Origin: an uncultured Candidatus Saccharibacteria bacterium
GTDB lineage: Bacteria > Patescibacteriota > Minisyncoccia > JAHCSD01 > CAYJUQ01
Direction of reading: 5' to 3'
NCBI GenBank assembly: GCA_964373425.1
Contig: CAYJUQ010000019.1
Coordinates: forward strand, 1 to 13,120
Length of the DNA stretch: 13,120 nt
The notes beneath the pieces are model-generated. The model saw nothing but the letters and a program-made list of their open reading frames with translations, ran no database searches and had not been told where the DNA came from. Below, piece by piece: positions 1 to 7,770 of the stretch (positions are counted from its first letter, which is position 1; each line of letters begins with the position of its first letter). Position numbers and translations under genes: made by a program.

Positions 1-1
1 C

Positions 2-30
2 TTGACACATTGTAACTGCCATGTTAGTAT
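2..30 (+). promoter_or_regulatory. Putative sigma-70 promoter TTGACA-17-TAGTAT upstream of the SPFH gene
   Basis: TTGACA at 2-7, a 17-nt spacer, TAGTAT at 25-30. This lies about 110 nt upstream of the ATG at 142. Confidence 0.4.
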
Positions 31-141
31 TGGAAGTTATGATCATCGTACTTTGAAAAAAGGAGGGAAAGGATGCGCTAGGGCATAAACCATCAATCCT
101 AAAACCAAACAATCGGAAAGTGTTCTTAAAAGGAGGAACAC

Positions 142-2193
142 ATGATATATGGGCTTATCGCAGTTGGTGCGGTCGCAGGGATTTTGATTCTCTTGTTCGT
201 GTTGCCTGGTTTTAGTCTGATTCGCGACCACCAAGTCGGCGTGCTTACCCGAAAAATGTTCGGGAAGAAAATGCCGCAAGGTCAGATCGTCGCGCGAAAT
301 AATGAGATCGGTATTCAGGCGCATACGCTCATGCCCGGTCTTTACTGGCGCTTGCCTATCGTATGGAAAATTGAGAAGGTTCAAGTAACTGACATCAATC
401 CCGATGAGATTGGTGTTGTCGAATCAGTTGACGGCAAACCAATTCCCACTGGACGGTTCCTCGCTGATGAAGTTGAGTGCAATTCATTCCAGGACGCAAA
501 GAAATTTCTTGATGACGGCGGGATGAAAGGGCCACAAGTTGCGATCCTTCGTCCCGGTACCTACCGAATCAACACAAAGGTTTTTACGGTAACGAAACAT
601 CCGGCAAGGAACGTTCCGAAAGAGCAAATGGGGGTTGTGGTTGCACTCGATGGCACACCGCTCCCGCCCGGCTTCATAGTGGCGCCCAAGCCACCCGAGA
701 TTTCTAGTAATGCACAACCGAATGCCAAGCCGCACAAGTTCTTTCAAGACGGTCAGGCATTCCTTGAGAGCGGGGGGTACCGTGGGCCGCAGCTCGATAC
801 GCTTCAGCCGGGCCAGTACTACGTAAATCCGCTGCTCTTCAGGGTTGATCTTTTCCCCGTGCAGGATGTTCCGCCCGGCTATGTTGCCGTGCTTCGTTCA
901 AACGTCGGCAAGGAACTCGATCAGAGCCACAAGACGCCGGCTGAGACAAGCCTCAAACCAGATCTCGGACAGCCGGTCCACGAATCAATCGAGACAATCT
1001 TGATTATGGATCGCGACACGCGGGGTATTTGGAATCAGCCGGTTGCGCCGGGTAAGTATAACTTGAACCCGGTTGCATTTACGCCGTACCTCGTGCCTAC
1101 AAGCGCAGTCACCATTGACTGGGCCCGCGGGAAGCGCGATCAGGAGGCGGAGCATGCAAACCCCGTCGATGAACGTACGTATGTTCATCGTGATACATCT
1201 GAGCACGACAAAGCCACAGAATTTTTCAAGTTCAGTCAGCTGCGCGTGACTTCGAAAGACGGATTCCAGCTCGATGTGGATGTTCGAATGGTAATTCGCA
1301 TCAGGCCCGAGAATGCCGCGTTCATCATCGCGCGGTTCGGTTCGGTGCGAAACCTCATCGAGCAGATTGTGCATCCCATGATCGATTCGTCCTTCCGCAA
1401 CAAGGCGGGCGAGAAGAAAGCAATCGATTTCGTGCAGACTCGTTCTGAACTCCAGAAAGAGGCGCTCGAGAAGGCACGTGAAGAGTTTCAACTGTACCAC
1501 GTTGAAGCGCAAAACCTCCTCATCGCCTATATCGCCGTTGATCAGGCACTTCTTGACACACAGACACTAAGAGAGATTGCGCTCCAGCAGCAGGAGCAGT
1601 ACCGCGAGCAAACAAGGGCAGAACAAGAACGGATCACGGTCCAGGAGCAAAGAGCACGTGCTGAAAAGCAGCCCGAGGTTGTTGCGGCAGAACTCGCAAT
1701 CAATATTGCAAGAAACAGGGCTTCTGCAGCTCGCGAAGAGGCGAATGGTATCCGTGACGCGACGAAAACCAAAGCTGATGGTGATGCATACCAACAGCGT
1801 GCGGTGGGTCGTGGCACTGCCGATGCATACCAAGCTCAGGCGAATGTACTTGGTTCTCAAGCTACCGCGATTCTTAAGGCGCTCGCTGAAGTTGCAAGCG
1901 GAAGCGTGAAGATCGTTCCCGACGTACTCGTTACGGGTAACCAAGGACAGCAGGGTAATCTCTTCAACGCATGGCTTGCAAACATGATGCGTAATCCCCA
2001 GGGTCCTTCCGGCGCCACGTTCACTTCTCGTGATGCGGCAACGGATGACCCCTCGTCACCAGCGGAGAGCCCTTCGGCGCAAGGTCAAGATGTAGATGCG
2101 CCGTCATCCGTCGCCAAGGCAAGCGGCAGATCTCGAAGACGAAATAGTGGTAGAGGCAAGGAGATAGAAAGTTCGGCTCCCCACTACGAGTAA
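142..2193 (+). CDS. SPFH/band-7 (flotillin-like) membrane protein with an N-terminal TM anchor, an internally repeated N-terminal segment, a coiled-coil/flotillin-like C-terminal region and a disordered acidic/basic tail
   Basis: 683-aa ORF. Strong RBS AGGAGG at 131-136, 5 nt before the ATG. A hydrophobic helix spans aa 4-26. Band-7 core motifs are present (RVTSKDGFQLDVDVRMVIRIRPENAA...IEQIVHPMIDSSFRNKAG). The C-terminal region is rich in E/A/Q/R (AEQERITVQEQRARAEKQ...AYQQRAVGRGTADAYQAQANVLG), as is typical of HflK/C-flotillin family proteins. Confidence 0.85.
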   Translation: MIYGLIAVGAVAGILILLFVLPGFSLIRDHQVGVLTRKMFGKKMPQGQIVARNNEIGIQAHTLMPGLYWRLPIVWKIEKVQVTDINPDEIGVVESVDGKPIPTGRFLADEVECNSFQDAKKFLDDGGMKGPQVAILRPGTYRINTKVFTVTKHPARNVPKEQMGVVVALDGTPLPPGFIVAPKPPEISSNAQPNAKPHKFFQDGQAFLESGGYRGPQLDTLQPGQYYVNPLLFRVDLFPVQDVPPGYVAVLRSNVGKELDQSHKTPAETSLKPDLGQPVHESIETILIMDRDTRGIWNQPVAPGKYNLNPVAFTPYLVPTSAVTIDWARGKRDQEAEHANPVDERTYVHRDTSEHDKATEFFKFSQLRVTSKDGFQLDVDVRMVIRIRPENAAFIIARFGSVRNLIEQIVHPMIDSSFRNKAGEKKAIDFVQTRSELQKEALEKAREEFQLYHVEAQNLLIAYIAVDQALLDTQTLREIALQQQEQYREQTRAEQERITVQEQRARAEKQPEVVAAELAINIARNRASAAREEANGIRDATKTKADGDAYQQRAVGRGTADAYQAQANVLGSQATAILKALAEVASGSVKIVPDVLVTGNQGQQGNLFNAWLANMMRNPQGPSGATFTSRDAATDDPSSPAESPSAQGQDVDAPSSVAKASGRSRRRNSGRGKEIESSAPHYE

Positions 2194-2202
2194 TAATTAT
2201 CC

Positions 2203-2238
2203 AAAGACTGCATGGGATCATGCAGTCTTTTTATTTCC
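2203..2238 (+). terminator. Rho-independent terminator (12-bp perfect stem, 4-nt loop, T-run)
   Basis: AAAGACTGCATG-GGAT-CATGCAGTCTTT followed by TTATTTCC. It sits 10 nt after the SPFH stop codon. Confidence 0.8.
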
Positions 2239-2309
2239 ATAGGAATGTTTTTTGTGGCGGGCTCATCCTTGATCCATCCAAGCTTCTTGAGGAGAAGTAA
2301 CGGTCAATA

Positions 2310-2340
2310 GGCGAAGTGCATAACTTCGCCTTTTCTTTTA
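2310..2340 (+). terminator. Second intrinsic terminator-like hairpin with a T-run
   Basis: GGCGAAGT-GCATA-ACTTCGCC followed by TTTTCTTTTATT. It is about 70 nt downstream of the first terminator. Confidence 0.55.
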
Positions 2341-2348
2341 TTCCACTC

Positions 2349-2377
2349 TTGATAAAATAGAAGTAGCGTGCTATACT
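2349..2377 (+). promoter_or_regulatory. Sigma-70 promoter TTGATA-17-TATACT driving clpB
   Basis: TTGATA at 2349-2354, a 17-nt spacer, TATACT at 2372-2377. A CIRCE element lies immediately downstream, which is the classic layout of HrcA-regulated promoters. Confidence 0.7.
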
Positions 2378-2382
2378 TGCCA

Positions 2383-2409
2383 TTAGCACTCTCATAAGAA
2401 GAGTGCTAA
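2383..2409 (+). promoter_or_regulatory. CIRCE element (HrcA operator), a perfect match to the consensus TTAGCACTC-N9-GAGTGCTAA
   Basis: TTAGCACTC at 2383-2391, the 9-nt spacer tcataagaa, GAGTGCTAA at 2401-2409. It starts 6 nt after the -10 hexamer and is upstream of clpB. Confidence 0.9.
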
Positions 2410-2431
2410 CCCCCATCTCTACTTGATTCTT

Positions 2432-2475
2432 TCGAGGGTCAATCCATCGTTTCGAAATAATGGATTGGCCCTCGA
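2432..2475 (+). other. 16-bp inverted repeat (one G-U/mismatch) forming a hairpin across the annotated ATG at 2460, in the clpB leader
   Basis: TCGAGGGTCAATCCAT at 2432-2447, a 12-nt loop, ATGGATTGGCCCTCGA at 2460-2475. Confidence 0.5.
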
Positions 2476-5165
2476 ACAGACTACTTCATTCTATGGATTT
2501 AAGTAAATTTACCGTAAAAGCACAAGAGGCGTTACGGAACGCCCAAGGGGTTGCGGGCGAGCGAGGTCATCAGCAAATTGATGCACTCCATCTTCTTGCG
2601 GCGCTCGTTCGCGAAGAGGATGGGATTGTTGCTTCAATCCTCGATCACCTCGGCCTCGATAAAATGGCGCTCATTGAGCGAACCTCCATTGCCATAAATC
2701 GTCTCCCGCGAATCGTGGGAGATTTACCGTTTGGGCAGGTGTATATCACTCAAGATCTCGGGCGCGTTCTTGATACGGCCGCAAAAGAAGCAAAAAACAT
2801 GACCGACGAGTTTATCAGCACCGAACATTTACTTCTTTCTCTTACCGACGTTCCCACGCGCGCGAAAGAGGTGATTGATGAGTTTAATGTCTCGGGGCCG
2901 CAACTCGTTGGGGTTGGCGGCAAAAAGGGACGTGAGAAATTAAATCGGGATATTATCCTCAAGGTGCTTGCAGAGCTTCGCGGCGGTACGCGCGTCTCCG
3001 ATGAGAACCCGGAATCGAAGTATCAGGTGCTTGAGAAGTATGCGCGAAACATCACAAAAATGGCACGGGGGCAGAAGCTTGATCCCGTGATCGGCCGCGA
3101 GAATGAAATTCGTAGAGTCATGCAAGTTTTGTCGCGCCGCACGAAGAATAACCCCGTACTTATTGGAGAGGCAGGCGTGGGGAAGACGGCCATTGTCGAG
3201 GGGCTTGCCCAGCGCATCGCATCGGGCGATGTCCCGGAAAGCCTCAAGGGGAAGGAGGTGATCGCCATGGACCTTGGGGCAATGGTTGCAGGTACCAAGT
3301 ATCGGGGTGAATTTGAAGATCGTCTCAAGGCGTTTGTCCGCGAGATTGAGAGAGCCGCAGGGAAAATCATACTTTTTATTGACGAGCTTCATATGCTTGT
3401 GGGGGCGGGCGCTGCTGAAGGCGCAATTGACGCATCAAATCTTTTAAAACCGGCACTTGCTCGCGGGGAGCTCCACGCCATTGGCGCAACTACGTTCAAA
3501 GAGTACCAGAAATATGTGGAACGGGATCCGGCGCTTGAACGCCGCTTCCAACCGGTCTATGTGAAAGAGCCGAGTATCGACGATACGATCGCGATCCTCC
3601 GCGGTATTAAGGAAAAATATGAAGTCTTCCATGGTGTTCGCATTACCGATCCTGCCATTCTTGGCGCGGTGAACCTCTCGGCGCGGTATATCTCCGACAG
3701 GTTCCTACCCGATAAAGCCGTAGACCTTATTGATGAAGCATGCTCTGCCCTTCGTATGGATATTGAAAGTCAACCGCAGGAGCTCGACGCGTTGAGTCGC
3801 GAAATCACGCGTCTTGAGGTTGAAAAACAGGCACTCAAAAAAGAAAGCGACAAGAAGAGTAAAGAGCGGCTGAGGCTTACCACAAAGATTCTCGAGGAGG
3901 AGAAAGAGAAGGCGAAAAGTTTGGAGCTTCGTTGGAAGAGTGAGCGGGATGTGATCAGCGCGATCAACAATACGAAAAAAGAATTGGACACTCTGCGAGA
4001 ACAGGCGGATATCTTTGAACGAAAGGGAGACCTTGAAAAGGTGGCAGAAGTTCGCTACGCGAAAGTCCCCGAGCTTGAAAAAGAGCTCCGTAGAAAACAG
4101 CGCGAACTTGCCAAACTCCAAAAAACAAAGGCGATCGTCAAAGAAGAGGTCACGGAAGAGGATATCGCCAAAGTGGTTTCCCGCTGGACGGGTATTCCTG
4201 TTGCAAAAATGCTTCAGGAAGAAGTGGTAAAACTTGCTTCAATGGAGGTGGAACTTCACAAACGCGTTATCGGGCAGGATGAAGCGATCGAGGCCGTTTC
4301 GAACGCGGTACGAAGATCACGCGCAGGGATCGGCGAGGAGCGAAAACCCATCGGTACCTTTATCTTTCTTGGCCCCACGGGTGTCGGGAAAACCGAGCTT
4401 GCAAAGGCCCTTGCCGAGTTTATGTTCAACGATGAAAATGCGCTCGTCCGTGTTGATATGTCGGAGTACATGGAATCGCACACCGTATCAAAGTTCATTG
4501 GCTCACCCCCAGGATACATTGGCTATGAGGAAGGAGGACAGCTTACCGAGATGGTGCGACGTCGCCCCTATAGCGTTGTCCTTTTCGATGAGATCGAAAA
4601 AGCGCATGCCGAAGTTTTCAATATTCTCCTTCAGATACTTGACGAGGGAAGGCTTACCGATGCGAAAGGGCGGGCAGTGAACTTTAAAAATACCATCGTT
4701 ATCATGACCTCAAACATCGGCACCGAACTTACCCGACGTCTTGCGCATCTCGGCTTTTCTGCGAAAGACGAGGATCATGAAAAGGAAGAAGATATTAAAC
4801 AAAAAATTCGCGATGCCCTGCACCACCACTTCAAACCGGAATTTTTGAACCGGCTTGATGAGATCATCGTCTTCGACAGCCTAAAAGAGAAAGATATTCG
4901 CGCGATAGTTGATCTCCAGCTTGCCCAGGTTTCAAAACGGCTCCAGGCAAAAGGCATTCGGATCGAGTTTAAGGAACAAGTGAAAAAGGTGCTTGCCCAA
5001 AAGGGGTTCGATCCTGATTTTGGCGCACGACCCTTGAAACGCGTCATCCAACAGTTGGTACTCGATGCCGCCGCAAAACTCATCATTGCCGGGAAGATCA
5101 AAGAAGGAGGAGGCGTGGTTGTTGATGTGAAAGGCGATGAAGTCATCATAAGGGCCGCGCCGTAA
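2460..5165 (+). CDS. clpB: ClpB disaggregase chaperone (class I AAA+, two NBDs plus a coiled-coil M-domain). The true start is probably the in-frame ATG at 2493 ([14 protein letters not shown]...).
   Basis: Walker A of NBD1 is [18 protein letters not shown] and Walker A of NBD2 is [18 protein letters not shown] long coiled-coil middle domain and a C-terminal GARPLKR motif are present. The length (about 890-901 aa) fits ClpB and not ClpA or ClpC. The canonical ClpB N-terminus MDL.KFT begins at codon 12. Confidence 0.95.
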   Translation: MDWPSNRLLHSMDLSKFTVKAQEALRNAQGVAGERGHQQIDALHLLAALVREEDGIVASILDHLGLDKMALIERTSIAINRLPRIVGDLPFGQVYITQDLGRVLDTAAKEAKNMTDEFISTEHLLLSLTDVPTRAKEVIDEFNVSGPQLVGVGGKKGREKLNRDIILKVLAELRGGTRVSDENPESKYQVLEKYARNITKMARGQKLDPVIGRENEIRRVMQVLSRRTKNNPVLIGEAGVGKTAIVEGLAQRIASGDVPESLKGKEVIAMDLGAMVAGTKYRGEFEDRLKAFVREIERAAGKIILFIDELHMLVGAGAAEGAIDASNLLKPALARGELHAIGATTFKEYQKYVERDPALERRFQPVYVKEPSIDDTIAILRGIKEKYEVFHGVRITDPAILGAVNLSARYISDRFLPDKAVDLIDEACSALRMDIESQPQELDALSREITRLEVEKQALKKESDKKSKERLRLTTKILEEEKEKAKSLELRWKSERDVISAINNTKKELDTLREQADIFERKGDLEKVAEVRYAKVPELEKELRRKQRELAKLQKTKAIVKEEVTEEDIAKVVSRWTGIPVAKMLQEEVVKLASMEVELHKRVIGQDEAIEAVSNAVRRSRAGIGEERKPIGTFIFLGPTGVGKTELAKALAEFMFNDENALVRVDMSEYMESHTVSKFIGSPPGYIGYEEGGQLTEMVRRRPYSVVLFDEIEKAHAEVFNILLQILDEGRLTDAKGRAVNFKNTIVIMTSNIGTELTRRLAHLGFSAKDEDHEKEEDIKQKIRDALHHHFKPEFLNRLDEIIVFDSLKEKDIRAIVDLQLAQVSKRLQAKGIRIEFKEQVKKVLAQKGFDPDFGARPLKRVIQQLVLDAAAKLIIAGKIKEGGGVVVDVKGDEVIIRAAP

Positions 5166-5188
5166 ATGTACGCTTCTTTTGTCATTTC

Positions 5189-5890
5189 ATGTTTTCACTT
5201 TTCATCCCCTCTTTTCTTTTTTTCGTGGTGCTTGAGATAGCACGCGCGAACCCCTCTTCTTTTTTTATTTTTGCGCCTCTTACCATTTTCGCCCAGATAC
5301 TCATCGGGCTTTTTGGTTTGAAAAAGCCATCGCGTTACCTTCTCCCCGCGTTCTATGTTGTCTCGGGGCTTCTTGTCACGCTCGCACCCCCCCCTACGCC
5401 GCAGCACCACCTCCTCTTTATTCTTATCAGTGTGGGGTATGCGTTTCTCGTCTTCGCCCTGCGTCATATGGGCGAATCTTCCCGTGATGAGGAGCGTTTT
5501 CATCTTCTTTCGCTTGCATGTCTTTTTATATTTTTTGTGAGCATCTTTTACCTTGCCGCGTTCTTTAACGTATCGTTCACCGCGATGCTTTTTGCGATTG
5601 CGCTTGGTGCAGGGTGGATAACATTCATCACCATCCCTCGCTCACCCTACTCGTTTCTTTCAAGCCTCCTCGGCGCGCTCCTTATGTCTGAGACAGGTTG
5701 GGCCATATCGTTTTTCCCCTTTAGCTATTTAACCATTGCCTCTTTCCTTTTTATCATCTACTATACCCTGTGGAAGCTCCTTCGGGCATCGCTCACCCAG
5801 ACGCTTACACGACGTGTGCTTATCGCCAATCTCCTTTTCTTGTTGGCGGGCGGCGCGGTGATCGCAGTTCTTACTCCTTGGCTTCCCTAA
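5189..5890 (+). CDS. Hypothetical polytopic membrane protein (about 6-7 predicted TM helices)
   Basis: 233-aa ORF consisting of repeated hydrophobic stretches (LLPAFYVVSGLLVTL, LFILISVGYAFLVFAL, LACLFIFFVSIFYLAAFF, AMLFAIALGAGWITFITI and others). It is tightly packed between clpB and the next gene (7-nt gap). No SD is visible and the start codon is uncertain. Confidence 0.5.
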   Translation: MFSLFIPSFLFFVVLEIARANPSSFFIFAPLTIFAQILIGLFGLKKPSRYLLPAFYVVSGLLVTLAPPPTPQHHLLFILISVGYAFLVFALRHMGESSRDEERFHLLSLACLFIFFVSIFYLAAFFNVSFTAMLFAIALGAGWITFITIPRSPYSFLSSLLGALLMSETGWAISFFPFSYLTIASFLFIIYYTLWKLLRASLTQTLTRRVLIANLLFLLAGGAVIAVLTPWLP

Positions 5891-5896
5891 CTTTAT

Positions 5897-6652
5897 ATGG
5901 GGCGTACGCAAAAGCTTTTTTTCTTTCTTTTCGTGTGTGCGATTGGCGCTCTCGGCGGGATCGTTGGTGAGCGCGTTGTGTTTCCTTACCTTGCATCATT
6001 CGAGACGCTTGCAAAGTTTCGATTTATTAGGAGCTACGGAACCACTATTATCAGGCAGGAACCTAGAGTGGTGATCCAGGAAAATGAATCCATCCAAAAC
6101 GCAATAAGCGAGGTGAGGCGACAAGTGATAGGTGTTGCAGGGGTGGCGAGCGACGGCACGTTCGACCGATGGGCAACAGGCGTTGTGGTGACTGCAGACG
6201 GTCTTATTCTCACCTCCGATAACGTTCTTGGAGAGGGGCTCACCTACAGGGTGTACTTTGAGGGCGAGAATGTGAGCGCCGCGTTCCGCATCCGTGATTC
6301 ACATACCGGGCTTGCCCTTTTCCGTGTAGAGAAATCTGATCTTCCTATTGTTTCGTTTGCGGCACGCGATAGTATCCGGCTTGGAGAGCCAATTTTTCTC
6401 CTTGGCCGTGAGCCTGCAAGCGGAGGGAACCTCCCCCCGCCATTTATCTCTTTCGGGATTTTGAGCTTTCTTGCCGAAAGCCGGACATTTCGCACAGAGT
6501 TTCCCACCGGCGTACGAACCGGCAGAGAAGGCGCACCGCTCTTTGACGTGGAGGGAAAGCTCATCGGACTTGTTTCGGCAAAGAGCGACGGCGAACTCAT
6601 CCCCGCCAATATTGAAGCAATTACCACCCTTATTGATCTTTCGCGTAACTAA
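5897..6652 (+). CDS. Membrane-anchored HtrA/DegP-like (S1C trypsin-fold) domain protein lacking a PDZ domain. It appears catalytically dead because the triad residues are substituted.
   Basis: N-terminal hydrophobic anchor (LFFFLFVCAIGALGGIVG). The trypsin-fold blocks can be aligned to DegP as follows. TGVVVTADGLILTSDNVL aligns with GSGVII..GYVVTNNHVV. RIRDSHTGLALFRV aligns with VGKDPRSDIALIQI. RLGEPIFLLGRE aligns with RVGDYTVAIGNP. PTGVRTGREGAPLFDVEGKLIGL aligns with TDAAINRGNSGGALVNLNGELIGI. His becomes Asn, Asp becomes Gly and Ser becomes Glu. Confidence 0.65.
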   Translation: MGRTQKLFFFLFVCAIGALGGIVGERVVFPYLASFETLAKFRFIRSYGTTIIRQEPRVVIQENESIQNAISEVRRQVIGVAGVASDGTFDRWATGVVVTADGLILTSDNVLGEGLTYRVYFEGENVSAAFRIRDSHTGLALFRVEKSDLPIVSFAARDSIRLGEPIFLLGREPASGGNLPPPFISFGILSFLAESRTFRTEFPTGVRTGREGAPLFDVEGKLIGLVSAKSDGELIPANIEAITTLIDLSRN

Positions 6653-6681
6653 CAAAGAGGGACAGTCTTTCTTCTTTTCTT

Positions 6682-7719
6682 ATGAACCTTCTCATTACCG
6701 GCGGTGCCGGATTCATCGGCTCAAACTTCATACGTCACATCCTCTTCACCTATCCAGACTATCGCATTATTAATCTTGATAAGCTCACTTACGCAGGGAA
6801 TCTTGAAAACCTTAAGGATATTGAGAATTATCCGCGGTATGGGTTTGTGAAAGGCGATATCTGTGATCGTGAGCTTGTCGATAGGCTTGTTTCGCGTCGG
6901 CCCGATGCTATTATTAACTTCGCGGCGCATTCGCACGTGGATCGCTCCATTCTTGATCCGACTGCGTTCATTCATGATAATTTCATTGGCGTTCAAATCC
7001 TGCTTGAAGCGGCAAAAAAGCATAAAGTTGAACGATTTGTTCAGGTGAGCACCGACGAGGTTTACGGCTCGGTTGACGAGGGGTACTGTGATGAAGGCGC
7101 GAAGCTTGACCCCCGAAATCCCTATTCAGTGTCTAAAGCAGCAGCCGATCTCCTTTCGCTTTCGTACTCGAAAACCCACGGTGTCCCCGTTATTATTACT
7201 CGTTCATCCAATAATTTCGGCCCCCATCAATTTCCGGAAAAACTTATTCCGCTTTTCATCACGAATCTTCTTGAGGGCAAAAAAGTTCCCCTCTATGGAG
7301 ACGGGATGAACCTTCGCGATTGGCTGCATGTCGCTGATAACTGCGAAGCGATTGATCGCGTGCTCCACGAAGGGAACGCGGGGGAGATTTATAACATCGC
7401 GGGAGCGAACGAACGGACCAACCGTGAAATTACCGAGGTCATTCTTGAGGAGCTGGGGAAAGACGAAAGCTCGATTACATACGTTGAGGATCGGCCGGGA
7501 CATGACAGACGCTACGCGATAAGCGCAGCAAAAATACAAAGTCTTGGCTGGGAGCCGAAGTACCGCTTCAAAGAGGCGCTTCGCGACACCATCGCGTGGT
7601 ACAGGAACAACGAGGAGTGGTGGCGGCGTATAAAATCAGGTGCGTACCAGGATTACTACCAAAAGCAGTATGGCGGGCGGAAGGTTTTGCATGACGCATC
7701 GGCACTTCCGATCGCATAA
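6682..7719 (+). CDS. rmlB: NDP-glucose 4,6-dehydratase of the RmlB/RfbB family (extended SDR)
   Basis: TGGAGFIGS Rossmann motif. The family-specific blocks are present: LDKLTYAGNLENL, AAHSHVDRSI, STDEVYG, YSVSKAAAD (YxxxK), NNFGPHQFPEKLIP, PLYGDGMNLRDWLHVAD and RPGHDRRYAI. Length is 345 aa. Confidence 0.9.
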   Translation: MNLLITGGAGFIGSNFIRHILFTYPDYRIINLDKLTYAGNLENLKDIENYPRYGFVKGDICDRELVDRLVSRRPDAIINFAAHSHVDRSILDPTAFIHDNFIGVQILLEAAKKHKVERFVQVSTDEVYGSVDEGYCDEGAKLDPRNPYSVSKAAADLLSLSYSKTHGVPVIITRSSNNFGPHQFPEKLIPLFITNLLEGKKVPLYGDGMNLRDWLHVADNCEAIDRVLHEGNAGEIYNIAGANERTNREITEVILEELGKDESSITYVEDRPGHDRRYAISAAKIQSLGWEPKYRFKEALRDTIAWYRNNEEWWRRIKSGAYQDYYQKQYGGRKVLHDASALPIA

Positions 7720-7725
7720 CGTGTG

Positions 7726-7764
7726 CGGAGGTCTCGCCCCCTTCTCACGAGGGCGAGACCTCCG
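7726..7764 (+). other. GC-rich 14-bp perfect hairpin between the rmlB stop and the galU start, with no trailing T-run
   Basis: CGGAGGTCTCGCCC at 7726-7739, an 11-nt loop, GGGCGAGACCTCCG at 7751-7764. The GTG at 7723 that the ORF track uses as a start lies inside this stem. Confidence 0.5.
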
Positions 7765-7770
7765 TGTACT

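Noticed and set aside
43-384. 113-aa minus-strand ORF overlapping the SPFH gene start and leader
   Set aside because: It is antisense to a well-supported gene and leader and has no RBS. It is composition-driven.
985-1944. Several 90-175-aa ORFs on both strands inside the SPFH gene (985..1512-, 1542..1817-, 1567..1944-, 1577..1909+)
   Set aside because: They are embedded in or antisense to the coding region of a clear SPFH/flotillin protein. Their low-complexity translations derive from the E/A/Q/R-rich repeat.
2750-5185. Multiple antisense or alternative-frame ORFs within clpB (e.g. 2940..3392-, 3705..4121-, 4234..4680+, 4775..5185-)
   Set aside because: The ClpB reading frame is unambiguous across the whole region. 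These are shadow ORFs.
7723-7770. GTG start at 7723 for galU used by the ORF track (adds MRRSRPLLTRARPPCT)
   Set aside because: The GTG and the following codons lie inside a 14-bp GC hairpin. The canonical GalU N-terminus (KKVVIPVAGLGTR) begins right after the ATG at 7771.
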